Source: Candidatus Geocrenenecus arthurdayi (GTDB lineage: Archaea > Thermoproteota > Nitrososphaeria_A > Caldarchaeales > Wolframiiraptoraceae). From it: a stretch of 64,000 nucleotides of DNA. The notes under the pieces are model-generated. The model searched no databases. It was given only the letters and a program-made list of their open reading frames with translations, and was not told the DNA's origin. This document shows positions 20,663 to 30,841 of the stretch, in pieces. Made by a program: the position numbers and the translations under genes. Each line of letters begins with the position of its first letter. The first letter of the stretch is position 1. The DNA lies in assembly GCA_023539395.1 (NCBI GenBank), contig JAKCEX010000002.1, forward strand, positions 2,680-66,679. Reading direction: 5' to 3'.

Positions 20663-21628
20663 ATGGTATTACTGGAGCTTAACCACTTGAGACTCTACTA
20701 TAAGACTGTTAGAGGTATTGTTAGAGCTGTTGATGATGTAGATCTTAATGTTGAACCTGGTGAAGCTGTTGGGGTTGTAGGTGAATCTGGATGCGGTAAG
20801 ACTAGCATGGCTAACGCTATCATAAAGATGCTTCCAAGCAATGTAGCTCTCTACGATGGTAGGATAATTCTAGATGGATTAAATATTGTTGAACTACCTG
20901 AAGACGAGGTTAGAAGGAAGGTTAGGTGGAGGCAGATATCGATTGTTTTCCAGGGAGCAATGAATGTATTAAACCCTGTAATCAAGGTTGGTCATCAAGT
21001 TGCAGAACCACTAATAATCCATGCAGAGATGGATAGAGATGAAGCATACAAGATAGCTATGGAGAAGATGAAGCTAGTCGGATTACATGAAGAAGTATTC
21101 AATAGGTATCCACATGAGCTAAGTGGAGGTATGAAGCAGAGGGTTGTGATAGCTATGGCCTTAGTCATGAACCCTAAGATAGTTATACTAGATGAACCTA
21201 CATCAGCGCTTGACGTAAGCATACAAGCTCAGATAATGAATCTACTAAAGAAACTGAAGAGAGAACTAAACATCTCTATGATTTTCATAACCCATGATAT
21301 AGCTCTAGCAAGCGATATAAGCGATAAGATAGCAGTAATGTATGCTGGACAGGTCGTAGAGATAGGCTCGGCTGAGCAAGTCCTACTATCCCCAAAACAT
21401 CCATATACTCAAAAACTCTTAAAAGCAACACCTAAACTAACAGGAGAAGAAAAACCAGAATTTATACCAGGTACACCTCCAGACCTGGTGAATCCACCGA
21501 GTGGATGTAGATTCCATCCAAGATGCACCTACGTCATGGATATTTGTAGAGAAAAAGAACCTGGAAGATTTGAACCTGAGAAAAGTCAGAGAGTAATGTG
21601 CTGGCTATACGGTGGAGAAAATGAGTAG
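20663..21628 (+). CDS. ABC transporter ATP-binding protein (OppD/DppD type)
   Basis: Walker A GESGCGKTS, signature LSGGMKQR, Walker B ILDEPTSALD. The C-terminal Cys motif is PPSGCRFHPRC...C...C. Confidence 0.9.
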   Translation: MVLLELNHLRLYYKTVRGIVRAVDDVDLNVEPGEAVGVVGESGCGKTSMANAIIKMLPSNVALYDGRIILDGLNIVELPEDEVRRKVRWRQISIVFQGAMNVLNPVIKVGHQVAEPLIIHAEMDRDEAYKIAMEKMKLVGLHEEVFNRYPHELSGGMKQRVVIAMALVMNPKIVILDEPTSALDVSIQAQIMNLLKKLKRELNISMIFITHDIALASDISDKIAVMYAGQVVEIGSAEQVLLSPKHPYTQKLLKATPKLTGEEKPEFIPGTPPDLVNPPSGCRFHPRCTYVMDICREKEPGRFEPEKSQRVMCWLYGGENE

Positions 21629-22595
21629 CGAGCTTATCAGGCTAGAGAATGTAAAAATGTACTTTGAGTCTAGAGTCGGCTTATTTAAGACTATACCTGT
21701 AAAAGCTGTAGATGGAGTTGATGTAAGAATATTGAGGGGGGAAGCCTTAGCACTCGTAGGAGAATCTGGATGTGGAAAAACAACTCTTGGGAGACTATCT
21801 CTAAGATTACTAAAACCAACAAGTGGGAGAATAATCTTCGATGGAGTAGATATAACAGATAAAGATGAGAAAGAATTAAAATGGTTTAGGAGGAGAGCTC
21901 AAGCAGTCTTCCAAGACCCATACTCAAGCATAAACCCATTCATGACAGTAAGAGAAATAATTGAAGAACCGCTCATCCTCCACCGTATAGGAAACAATGT
22001 AGAAAGACTAGAAATGATAGCTAAAGCCCTGACAGATGTAAAACTTACACCAATAGAAGAATTCATGGGGAAATACCCCCACATGCTGAGTGGAGGGCAG
22101 AGGCAGAGAGTAGGTATTGCCCGTGCATTAATCCTTAAGCCTGAATATATAGTCGCCGATGAACCCGTCTCAATGATAGATGCATCTAGTAGAGCAGAGA
22201 TACTATACCTTCTGAAGGAACTCCAAGAAAAATATAAGATCTCATTCCTCTATATTACCCACGATATTGCTACAGCTAAACACTTCAGCGATAAGATAGC
22301 AGTAATGTATCTAGGAAAAATAGTTGAACTAGCCGAAGCCCGAGAGCTAGTCAGAAACCCCCTACACCCATACACTAAAGGATTAATAGAAGCAGTACCA
22401 GAACCAGACCCATCCAATAGGCTAAGAGAAAGAAAAGTTATACTAGGTGAACCTCCAAGCCCAGTTAATCCTCCCAGTGGATGCAGGTTCCACCCAAGAT
22501 GCCCCTACAGATTTGAGCCATGCGATAAAAATGAACCAGAATTAAAAGAAGCGAAAACAAACCACTATGTTGCATGCTATCTATACCATAGGTAA
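21612..22595 (+). CDS. ABC transporter ATP-binding protein (OppF/DppF type)
   Basis: Walker A GESGCGKTT, signature LSGGQRQR, Walker B VADEPVSMID, C-terminal PPSGCRFHPRC motif. It overlaps the previous gene by 17 nt. Confidence 0.9.
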   Translation: MEKMSSELIRLENVKMYFESRVGLFKTIPVKAVDGVDVRILRGEALALVGESGCGKTTLGRLSLRLLKPTSGRIIFDGVDITDKDEKELKWFRRRAQAVFQDPYSSINPFMTVREIIEEPLILHRIGNNVERLEMIAKALTDVKLTPIEEFMGKYPHMLSGGQRQRVGIARALILKPEYIVADEPVSMIDASSRAEILYLLKELQEKYKISFLYITHDIATAKHFSDKIAVMYLGKIVELAEARELVRNPLHPYTKGLIEAVPEPDPSNRLRERKVILGEPPSPVNPPSGCRFHPRCPYRFEPCDKNEPELKEAKTNHYVACYLYHR

Positions 22596-22679
22596 TAGAT
22601 AAATTGAACATATCTTGATAAGATGGGTTTATAGATAACAAAATAATTTAGGGAGAATAGCTGGCCTATGAGTTAAAGT

Positions 22680-22752
22680 AGCTGCAACTAACGGGGACTA
22701 CCCCTCACTGATGGGTATGGGAGCATAGATGGCATCCTACCAGCCGGCAGCT
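22680..22752. ncRNA. Candidate small structured RNA (unknown family), tRNA-sized GC-rich island
   Basis: Closing stem AGCTGC/GCAGCT (22680-22685:22747-22752). Hairpin GGGG-ACTA-CCCC (22693-22704). Imperfect hairpin GGTA.GGG.GC/GC.TCC.TACC (22714-22741). T4 follows at 22752-22755. By my hand count it is clearly more GC-rich than its flanks. No family motif was recognised. Confidence 0.3.
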
Positions 22753-22800
22753 TTTACCATGAGGAAACAATTAATAAATCCGTAAACATAGCTAACATCT

Positions 22801-23079
22801 GTGAGCGAGCCCCTAACACTACTCTTGATCACGCTTATTTCAATATTCATAGCAACTACTTTCTCTTTCATCTTAATCTACCATGATACATTAAAACATC
22901 TTGAAAAGAGAGTAAAGAAGAAGCCAACCAAACATGGACTTGATCCACAAACAATAGAAAGATTAAAAAATAAATTAATAGAAAGAGAAGAAATACAGAA
23001 TCTTGAAGAAATAATCCATAGATTAAGGATACTGAGGAGAGAAGCAGAGGAGGTCCTAAATGATTCAGGAAGAAATTAG
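22801..23079 (+). CDS. Small membrane-anchored coiled-coil protein (unknown function)
   Basis: GTG start. An N-terminal TM helix (LLLITLISIFIATTFSFILIY) is followed by a charged helical tail. It overlaps the rpiA start by 20 nt. Coding status is uncertain. Confidence 0.35.
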   Translation: MSEPLTLLLITLISIFIATTFSFILIYHDTLKHLEKRVKKKPTKHGLDPQTIERLKNKLIEREEIQNLEEIIHRLRILRREAEEVLNDSGRN

Positions 23080-23767
23080 GAAAGCTAGAGAGAAAGCTAT
23101 CCTAAAAGCTCTCGATTATATTGAAGATGGAATGATAGTAGGGTATGGTACAGGTTCAACTATGGCTCAATGTATAGGCTACGTAAAGAAGCTAATCCAA
23201 GACAAGAAAATGAAATTATTATTCATCCCTACATCATTCCAGTCTCGGCAACTGCTTTTAGAGAATAATCTTCCAGTAACAAGTTTATATGAGTACCCTG
23301 AACCTGACTTAATGATCGATAGCTTCGACCAAACAGATAGAGAAGGAAACGTTATCAAAGGAGGTGGAGGAGCAATGTTAATGGAGAAAATAGTTACACA
23401 AGCATCTAGAAAAGTAATATTCATAGGAGATTACGTTAAACTAGTAGAAAAATTAAGTAGACCAGTACCTATCGAGATTCTTGAAAAAGCATACCCACAT
23501 GTCAAGAAAATACTTACAAAAGCTGGGTTCAAACTAACATTAAGGGAATCCGCTGGAAAGATGGGGCCACTTGTAAGTGACAATGGAAACCTCCTAGGAG
23601 ATGTAGATGCAGGAGTAATAGAAGACCCAGAGAAACTAGATAAACTATTAAGGTCTATAGCAGGGGTGATCGAGACAGGCTTATTCCCAAAGCTAGCTGA
23701 CAAGATAATTATTGGAGAGATGAATGGAAGCATAGAAGAAATAAATGTAGATAGAAAGAAGCTTTAA
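23060..23767 (+). CDS. rpiA: Ribose-5-phosphate isomerase A
   Basis: GYGTGST motif, IKGGGGAMLMEKIV, and GVIETGLF near the C-terminus. Confidence 0.88.
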   Translation: MIQEEIRKAREKAILKALDYIEDGMIVGYGTGSTMAQCIGYVKKLIQDKKMKLLFIPTSFQSRQLLLENNLPVTSLYEYPEPDLMIDSFDQTDREGNVIKGGGGAMLMEKIVTQASRKVIFIGDYVKLVEKLSRPVPIEILEKAYPHVKKILTKAGFKLTLRESAGKMGPLVSDNGNLLGDVDAGVIEDPEKLDKLLRSIAGVIETGLFPKLADKIIIGEMNGSIEEINVDRKKL

Positions 23768-23953
23768 TACATAATGCCACACAAGGAAAAACCTAGACTG
23801 CCTATCTATACATCTACTCTACACCTTTACATAGCAAGTAGTATTTTTAGATTTATTAGGGAGGATAGAATAATCAATATACAGAATAGATTGAGTTATC
23901 GCCTAGATATGAGCTTGATATGGAGTATTGTTCTAAGCGGATAACCGAGGTGT

Positions 23954-25750
23954 TTGCTCTTGGCTACTTTAAGAGTAGCAGTTCTGGATAGGGAGAAATG
24001 TGATTCACGTAAGTGTGGGATACCATGCATTAGGTTCTGCCCCCCTGTAAGAAATGAGATTGAAGCTATAAAGATGGGTGGAGACGGGTACCCAATCATA
24101 GTTGAACCACTCTGTATTGGATGCGGTATATGTTCTAATAAATGCCCATTCAACGCTATCTCCATCGTTAATCTTCCACAAGAATTAGCTGAGGACCTCG
24201 TACACCAATATGGTGTTAATGCGTTCAGACTCTACAGACTCCCACATCTTGAAAGAAACACGATAATAGGGTTGATAGGGAAGAATGGAATCGGAAAGAC
24301 TACTGCAACCCAGATACTTGCAGGGCAGCTTAAACCCAACCTAGGAAGGCTAGACTCCCCCGAAGTTGATTTAATAGAAGTTGCAAGATACTTTAGAGGG
24401 TCACTAATACAAGAATATCTTACTCTCCTCTCTCAAGGCATGGTCAAGGTAAGCTATAAGCCCCAATACATAGATAAGATACCTAAAGTTGTTAAAGGAA
24501 AAGTTGGAGAACTTTTAAGGAAAGTTGTATCTCCAGGTAAGCTACATGAGATAATCGAGTTGTTTGAGCTATCCCATCTTCTAGATAGAGATGTATCTGT
24601 TTTAAGTGGAGGAGAACTCCAAAGACTTGCAATCGCAGCCTGCATTGGGAGAGACGCAGATGCATTCTTAATTGATGAACCGAGCGCTTATCTAGATATA
24701 AAGCAGAGGTTTAGGATGGCTTCAGTTATTAGGTCGTCATGCAATGAAGATTCTAGAATCCTCGTAGTAGACCACGACCTAGCAGTCTTAGATTACCTGG
24801 CTGACAAGATATTCGTATTGTATGGAAAACCATCTGTATATGGTATTGTCTCCGGACCATTCAATATTAGAGAAGGAATAAACATATTCCTTCAAGGATA
24901 TATTCCTTCAGAGAATGTTAAGTTTAGACGAGACAAGATAATCTTTCAGGTTAGACCACCTTCCTCGGAATTCGAGGTGGAGGGTTCCGAACCTCTATAC
25001 TGGCCTAACATGTCTAAGACTTATGGTGATTTTAGACTTGAAGTTAGAGAAGGTAAAGCATATAGAGGTGAAGTAATAGGTATTGTAGGAGCGAATGGTA
25101 TAGGAAAGACTACGTTCATAAAACTACTTGCAGGATTAGAAGAAAGTGATGAAGGCTTCAAACTCTCATACAAGTCTATAAGCTATAAACCCCAGTATCC
25201 AGTACCTAGAGACATACTTGTAGAACAAGCTTTAAGGGAAGCTGCAGGAAAATACTTCGACTCCGACCTTTATAGAGAAGAAATCATAGAGCCTCTTAGG
25301 ATAGGTGAGATACTTGATAGAAACCTTCTCGAGCTTAGTGGTGGAGAGCTCCAGAAAGTAGTAATCGCTGAAGCATTATCTAGAGATGCTGAAGTATACC
25401 TTCTCGATGAACCTAGCGCCTACTTAGATGTTGAAGAAAGATATGCTATATCGAAGATACTGAAGAGAATCACGAGGGAGAAGAAAGCATATACATTCTT
25501 GGTTGAGCATGACCTTATGGTTTTAGACTTTTCATCAAGTAAGTTAATGGTCTTTACAGGAGAACCTGGAAGATATGGAGTAGCTAATCCACCAGTAGAC
25601 CTACATACGGGATTCAACCAATTCCTCAAAGAAATGAATATAACTTTTAGGAGAGATCCTGAAACAGGTAGACCTAGAGCTAACAAGCCAGGCTCCCAGC
25701 TAGATAGAATACAGAAAGAGCTAGGAGAATACTACTATTTAGCAGCATAG
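23954..25750 (+). CDS. ABCE1 / RNase L inhibitor-type ribosome recycling ATPase
   Basis: N-terminal Fe-S domain (CIRFCPP..., CIGCGICSNKCPFNAI). Two ABC cassettes (GKNGIGKTT and GANGIGKTT, each with LSGGELQ and DEPSAYLD). TTG start. Confidence 0.92.
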   Translation: MLLATLRVAVLDREKCDSRKCGIPCIRFCPPVRNEIEAIKMGGDGYPIIVEPLCIGCGICSNKCPFNAISIVNLPQELAEDLVHQYGVNAFRLYRLPHLERNTIIGLIGKNGIGKTTATQILAGQLKPNLGRLDSPEVDLIEVARYFRGSLIQEYLTLLSQGMVKVSYKPQYIDKIPKVVKGKVGELLRKVVSPGKLHEIIELFELSHLLDRDVSVLSGGELQRLAIAACIGRDADAFLIDEPSAYLDIKQRFRMASVIRSSCNEDSRILVVDHDLAVLDYLADKIFVLYGKPSVYGIVSGPFNIREGINIFLQGYIPSENVKFRRDKIIFQVRPPSSEFEVEGSEPLYWPNMSKTYGDFRLEVREGKAYRGEVIGIVGANGIGKTTFIKLLAGLEESDEGFKLSYKSISYKPQYPVPRDILVEQALREAAGKYFDSDLYREEIIEPLRIGEILDRNLLELSGGELQKVVIAEALSRDAEVYLLDEPSAYLDVEERYAISKILKRITREKKAYTFLVEHDLMVLDFSSSKLMVFTGEPGRYGVANPPVDLHTGFNQFLKEMNITFRRDPETGRPRANKPGSQLDRIQKELGEYYYLAA

Positions 25751-25795
25751 CTGGATGCTAAAAGACACGGATTACCTATCTAGGTTAAACCGTTT

Positions 25796-26425
25796 TTATT
25801 CAATTATCTTAAGTATTTCTGTTATATCTTTGAGATAGAAGTCTGGTTTACCTTTTCTTGAGTAAACGAGTGCTGTAATCATGCCGAGTTCTTTAGCAGG
25901 CTTAACTTCAACTTCCCATCTATCCCCTACGTATAGTATCTTGTTAAATGGTACCCTGAGTAATCTCGACAAGAGTATATACCCATTCTTCAGAGGTTTT
26001 GGGTCTGCATCATCGCTTGTAACTATAACATCAAAGTCGCTAACTGAGAGATTGATTGCCCTGATCACTTTCAAGTATAATCTTCTACCAGAATTTGTGT
26101 GACATCCAATCTTCACATTTTTCTCTCTAAGCTTTGATAAGAGATTCTTGACTTCCAGTCTAGGCTTAATATATATGGATGGTTCAACTCTTTCAGCTAG
26201 AAGCTCGTAGAATCTTCTTCTATCTACACCCATGGCTTCAACGCTCAAGCTAACAGTTTTCAGATTCTTCTTTAGGGATTCAAGCTTCATACCTGCTTCA
26301 CGATAATCTATCCCTAACATCTCTCCGAGAACCATATAGATAGATTCTCTAAGATATCTTTCATATTCTGCAGACCTATAGAGCGTCCCATCAACATCGA
26401 AGACTACTGCGTCAACTCTTACCAT
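25796..26425 (-). CDS. HAD-superfamily hydrolase
   Basis: Motif I VVFDVDGTL, a T/S motif (CHTNS), and C-terminal YVGDRWEVEV. Confidence 0.8.
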   Translation of the reverse strand: MVRVDAVVFDVDGTLYRSAEYERYLRESIYMVLGEMLGIDYREAGMKLESLKKNLKTVSLSVEAMGVDRRRFYELLAERVEPSIYIKPRLEVKNLLSKLREKNVKIGCHTNSGRRLYLKVIRAINLSVSDFDVIVTSDDADPKPLKNGYILLSRLLRVPFNKILYVGDRWEVEVKPAKELGMITALVYSRKGKPDFYLKDITEILKIIE

Positions 26426-26567
26426 GCAGTATAAATTATGAAGTACTCCTACTTTATATTTACGCTACTCCATAATTACCTCTGCTAAAGTATTATGGCA
26501 TCTTTCTCCAACTCGGTTAGGAGGATGTTTATCAAGAAGTTTTGATAACTAGGTATGAGGCGTTAAC

Positions 26568-27785
26568 ATGAGTGTAGATGCTGCTGTCACAGGCATGGAC
26601 CCTATAATGAGAGCAATAGTAACTATCAGTGTACTAGTCTTCTTCGCAAAAGTTCTAGGAGGTGTATTTTCAAGCTTTAAGCTGCCTCCAGTTATTGGTG
26701 AGCTGATGGCTGGAATCCTGCTTGGTCCTTCAATGCTTGGTACAGCTATAATCATCTTTGGAGAGCCACTAGTAGTCTTAAATGAATTTGTTGATGCATT
26801 TGCAGAGATAGGTGCGATAATGATTCTATTCTCCGCAGGGTTAGAGATGGGTACTACTAGTTTGAGGAAAGCTGGATTATGGGCTTTCATCGTAGCATCT
26901 GGCGGAGCATTATTACCATTCATTGGAGGATATTATCTCTTTAAATGGTTAGGTTACCCTCAAGGTTCTGCTCTAATAATTGGAGCGATAATGGTTGCAA
27001 CAAGCCTAGCTATCACAGTTAGAGTTATGGAGGATTTCGGAGCATTAACTACAGAAGAAGGGGTATTACTTGTGAATGCAGCAGTAGTTGATGATGTACT
27101 TGGAGTTGGAATTCTTGCAGTAGTTTCTTCAGCATTATCAGAACATAGTGGACGCTTAGACTTCATGAACGCTCTGCGGACAACCTCAATATTCTTCATT
27201 ATATGGCTTCTCATGCTTCTCATAGGAGTCTACATTATTCCAAGATTTATTGAACGTGCATCATTAATAAGAGCTGAAGGAGCTGTTGAAGCAGCTGCGA
27301 TAGGTTCAGCATTCATATTATCTGCAATAGCCGCGGGTCTAGGTCTTTCACCAATAATAGGATCATATGTTGCAGGATTATCTGTTGCTGAATCTAAAGC
27401 ACTAGTTAGAGTTAAAGATTTCGTTAAACATTTGAACCAAGTGTTTAGCCCACTCTTCTTTACAGTCGTAGGCGCAAGGATACATGTAACAGTATTTAAC
27501 GAGAATGTATTGCTTGGTCTACTGATCCTCACTGGGATTGCATTTGCTACAAAGTTTCTAGGGTCAGCTCTCACTGCATTACCTAAGCTTAGAAGCTGGG
27601 GTAAGACTATAAGACTAGGAGTGGGAATGGTTCCTAGAGGTGAGCTTGGATTAGTTATAGCAAGCCTGGGGCTTAGCAGAGAGTTAATAGACCAGCCTAT
27701 CTATATACAAGCAGTTGGAATGATTATCTTAACATCATTTATCACACCTATCATTCTCTCAAGGCTATATAGAGAGTCCGGCTAA
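26568..27785 (+). CDS. Monovalent cation:proton antiporter (CPA2/Kef-NapA type)
   Basis: About 12 TM segments and Na_H_exchanger-like motifs (PPVIGELMAGILLGPS, FSAGLEM, MVPRGELGLVIA). Confidence 0.85.
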   Translation: MSVDAAVTGMDPIMRAIVTISVLVFFAKVLGGVFSSFKLPPVIGELMAGILLGPSMLGTAIIIFGEPLVVLNEFVDAFAEIGAIMILFSAGLEMGTTSLRKAGLWAFIVASGGALLPFIGGYYLFKWLGYPQGSALIIGAIMVATSLAITVRVMEDFGALTTEEGVLLVNAAVVDDVLGVGILAVVSSALSEHSGRLDFMNALRTTSIFFIIWLLMLLIGVYIIPRFIERASLIRAEGAVEAAAIGSAFILSAIAAGLGLSPIIGSYVAGLSVAESKALVRVKDFVKHLNQVFSPLFFTVVGARIHVTVFNENVLLGLLILTGIAFATKFLGSALTALPKLRSWGKTIRLGVGMVPRGELGLVIASLGLSRELIDQPIYIQAVGMIILTSFITPIILSRLYRESG

Positions 27786-27828
27786 TTCCATCAATAAACT
27801 TAAATCAAACGTCCACTCTATCCTCTAC

Positions 27829-28092
27829 ATGAAATTAACTCTAAGAGCGGTCATCTTCTATCTTATGTTCATCTTAGGATTGGTCGTTCTCGTAACAGGG
27901 TTAATTCTATACGTGTGGCCTAAGGGGCCGCATTCTGGTAGAATAGATTTCTTCGGTTTAAGAAAAGACGATTGGAGAGACTTGCATATGCAAACATCAA
28001 TACTCTTAACCTTCACCTTAATCATTCACTTACTTGAAAATAGGAATTGTGTAAAAACATATGTTAAGACTACTCTCGGAGGATCAGCTTGA
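27829..28092 (+). CDS. Small membrane protein, DUF4405-like
   Basis: Two TM helices with the pattern GLILYVWPKG...W..LH......IHLLxN. Confidence 0.45.
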   Translation: MKLTLRAVIFYLMFILGLVVLVTGLILYVWPKGPHSGRIDFFGLRKDDWRDLHMQTSILLTFTLIIHLLENRNCVKTYVKTTLGGSA

Positions 28093-28217
28093 TAGCTTTA
28101 CTTAACTCTAAAAATAACTAATGCCTCCGACATATTTGGGAGTATTGAGAGGGGAAAACTCCAGAAGCATAGAGAGACACCGGATTAATAGTCGAAAACG
28201 TCTAGAAACCTAGTGGT

Positions 28218-29030
28218 CTATTCTTCCTTACCGACTACTTCGCAAACTTTCTTTAAATTATCAAATAATAGTGGACCGTAATGGGTTAGAGTATTTGGGG
28301 GGAGAATGTATATTTCTTCCTTTCTTACTGCATCTAGGTTACTCCATCCACGTTTATTAAATATCTCGATTATTCCTTCATAATCCTGCTTACCACCGTA
28401 TCCTAACTCATATATTATCAAGTCCGGGTTAGCTCTAGCTACTAAATCGAATTCAGGCTCAAAGTATGCTTTCTGAATATTCATGAATATATTCTTTAAT
28501 CCTAAATGATATAATGCAGAAGTTATATATGCTGCTGAGCCGATTGTTATTGGTCCACCTAAATCTACCTCGAAATACACTGTTGCAGAAAATTTATTCT
28601 TAATATCATTTAGGAGTTTATTGCATCTATCTATAACATTGTATGCATTCTCCGTCATATTTAGTAGTGCACCGATGATAGCGATATTTTCAAATATACC
28701 GTAGAGTGAGGATGGTACCTGAGTTGGGAATACATTAAATCCCTTATTCTTCAATTCATGTGTTAACGCTCTCTGCACACCAGTTGTTGTTAAGATTAGG
28801 TTTGGATTAATCTCGTATAGCCTGCTGTATATTGCTTTTGTATATGAGCCAGCTTTAGGCTTATTCTTCGCTTCGGGTGGATAATCACAGTAAACACTAA
28901 CACCGTAAACATACTTCCATGCACCAATCTGGTAGAGTATATCAGTAATTGATGGAGCTAAACTAACTATTCTAGGCTCACTAGGAACCTCAACATAATC
29001 ATTAATGAGCTCATTAAACAATTTGACCAT
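28218..29030 (-). CDS. BtuF/FhuD-type (class III) periplasmic-binding-protein-fold protein without a signal sequence
   Basis: RIVSLAPSITDILYQIG....VYGVSVYCDYPPEA is the typical cobalamin/siderophore-binding N-lobe. The N-terminus is hydrophilic. Confidence 0.7.
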   Translation of the reverse strand: MVKLFNELINDYVEVPSEPRIVSLAPSITDILYQIGAWKYVYGVSVYCDYPPEAKNKPKAGSYTKAIYSRLYEINPNLILTTTGVQRALTHELKNKGFNVFPTQVPSSLYGIFENIAIIGALLNMTENAYNVIDRCNKLLNDIKNKFSATVYFEVDLGGPITIGSAAYITSALYHLGLKNIFMNIQKAYFEPEFDLVARANPDLIIYELGYGGKQDYEGIIEIFNKRGWSNLDAVRKEEIYILPPNTLTHYGPLLFDNLKKVCEVVGKEE

Positions 29031-29143
29031 TACAGCCTACCCTCGCCTTCAAAGATATTTTAAGATTTACTTAAAGCTCCACGATACATGAGTTAACTTT
29101 TTATTTCTACTACAAATAACATCATATTAGGTGTAGATCTGTA

Positions 29144-30841
29144 TTGAGATTGTTTGATGAGAAAGCTCTCAGTGAGATAGAAGATAGAATTAGAAGATGG
29201 GAGAAGACTACTCTAGTTAAGAGTTTAGAAAGGTTTAAAGAGAGGATGGAAGAGTTTACAACATTATCAGATATCAAGGTTAAGAGAGTCTACACTCCGA
29301 CCGATATAAGTAATATGGAATATTTTGAGAAGCTTGGGCTTCCCGGGGAGTATCCTTTCACTAGAGGGATTCATGCAACGATGTATAGAGGTAGGCTCTG
29401 GACTATGAGGATGTTCTCAGGATATGGTTCTCCTGAAGATACGAATAGGAGGTTAAAATACTTGATAGCTCATGGAGAGACGGGGCTAAGTCTTGCTTTC
29501 GATTATCCAACCCTAGTAGGTATAGATGCTGATGATCCTGCGGCATCTGGTGAAGTAGGTGTATGCGGTGTATCTGTATCTTCACTAAGAGATATGGAGA
29601 TAATCTATGATGGGATCGATATGGGTAGCGTAACTACTAATATGACTATCAATCCACCCGCTCCAATACTCTTATCAATGTATGTGGCTACAGCTGAAAA
29701 ACAAGGAGTAACTTACGATAAGATTGGTGGAACGACTCAAAATGATCCTCTAAAAGAATTTATTGCTCAGAAGAGTTATGTATTCCCACCTGAGCCTGCT
29801 GTTAAGATTAGCATGGACGTTATTGAATGGAGTGTTAAGAACCTACCATTATGGAATCCCATAAGCATTAGTGGATATCACATCAGAGAAGCAGGAGCAA
29901 CAGCTGTTCAAGAACTAGCATTTACGTTAGCTGACGGCATAGAGTATGTTAGACAGTTAATTAATAGGGGGATGGATATAGATGACTTCGCACATAGGTT
30001 AAGCTTCTTCTTTGATGCACACATTAACTTCTTTGAAGAAATCGCAAAGTTTAGAGCTGCGAGGAGAATGTGGGCAAAGATAATGAAAGAATGGTTTAAT
30101 GCTAAGAAAGAAAGGTCTCTATGGATGCGGTTCCACACTCAGACAGCCGGTGTATCATTAACAGCTCAGCAACCATTCAATAATATTGTGAGAACAACAA
30201 TAGAAGCATTAGCAGCAGTGCTTGGAGGTACTCAAAGCCTTCATACTAATGCATTAGATGAACCATTCAGAGTACCATCTGAATTTGGAGCTAAGATAGC
30301 GTTAAGAACGCAGCAGATAATAGCATACGAGACTGGAGTTGCAGATGTAGTTGATCCTCTAGCAGGATCATACTATGTAGAATGGTTAACAGATGAGATT
30401 GAACAACAAGCATGGAGATACATTGATAGAATTGAGAAGATGGGTGGAATGCTTGAAGCAGTAAAGAAAGGTTATCCTCAGAGAGAAGTTACAGAAGCCA
30501 GTTATAGATTTCAGAGAGAAGTAGAAGAGAATAAGAGGTTTATTGTAGGCGTAAATATATTCATAGAAGCCGAGCAGGAAGAAATTAGGAATGTACCTCT
30601 ACTAGATATAAACCAGGAAGAAATTGAGAGAAAGCAGATTGAGAGATTGAGAAAGCTGAGAAGTGAAAGAAATAACGAAGCAGTATCATCTGCATTGAAT
30701 GAGTTAAGGAGAGCTGCAGAGAGAAGCGAGAATGTTATGCCATACATCCTAGAAGCAGTAAAGAAGTATGCTACACTTGGCGAGATAATGAATACATTAA
30801 AAGAAGTCTACGGTGTATGGATAGAGCCACCCATTTATTAA
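29144..30841 (+). CDS. Methylmalonyl-CoA mutase, large (catalytic TIM-barrel) subunit
   Basis: PGEYPFTRGIHATMYRGRLWTMRMFSGYG, GETGLSLAFD and TQTAGVSLTAQQPFNN are typical MCM motifs. TTG start. The B12 domain is absent and is encoded separately. Confidence 0.92.
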   Translation: MRLFDEKALSEIEDRIRRWEKTTLVKSLERFKERMEEFTTLSDIKVKRVYTPTDISNMEYFEKLGLPGEYPFTRGIHATMYRGRLWTMRMFSGYGSPEDTNRRLKYLIAHGETGLSLAFDYPTLVGIDADDPAASGEVGVCGVSVSSLRDMEIIYDGIDMGSVTTNMTINPPAPILLSMYVATAEKQGVTYDKIGGTTQNDPLKEFIAQKSYVFPPEPAVKISMDVIEWSVKNLPLWNPISISGYHIREAGATAVQELAFTLADGIEYVRQLINRGMDIDDFAHRLSFFFDAHINFFEEIAKFRAARRMWAKIMKEWFNAKKERSLWMRFHTQTAGVSLTAQQPFNNIVRTTIEALAAVLGGTQSLHTNALDEPFRVPSEFGAKIALRTQQIIAYETGVADVVDPLAGSYYVEWLTDEIEQQAWRYIDRIEKMGGMLEAVKKGYPQREVTEASYRFQREVEENKRFIVGVNIFIEAEQEEIRNVPLLDINQEEIERKQIERLRKLRSERNNEAVSSALNELRRAAERSENVMPYILEAVKKYATLGEIMNTLKEVYGVWIEPPIY

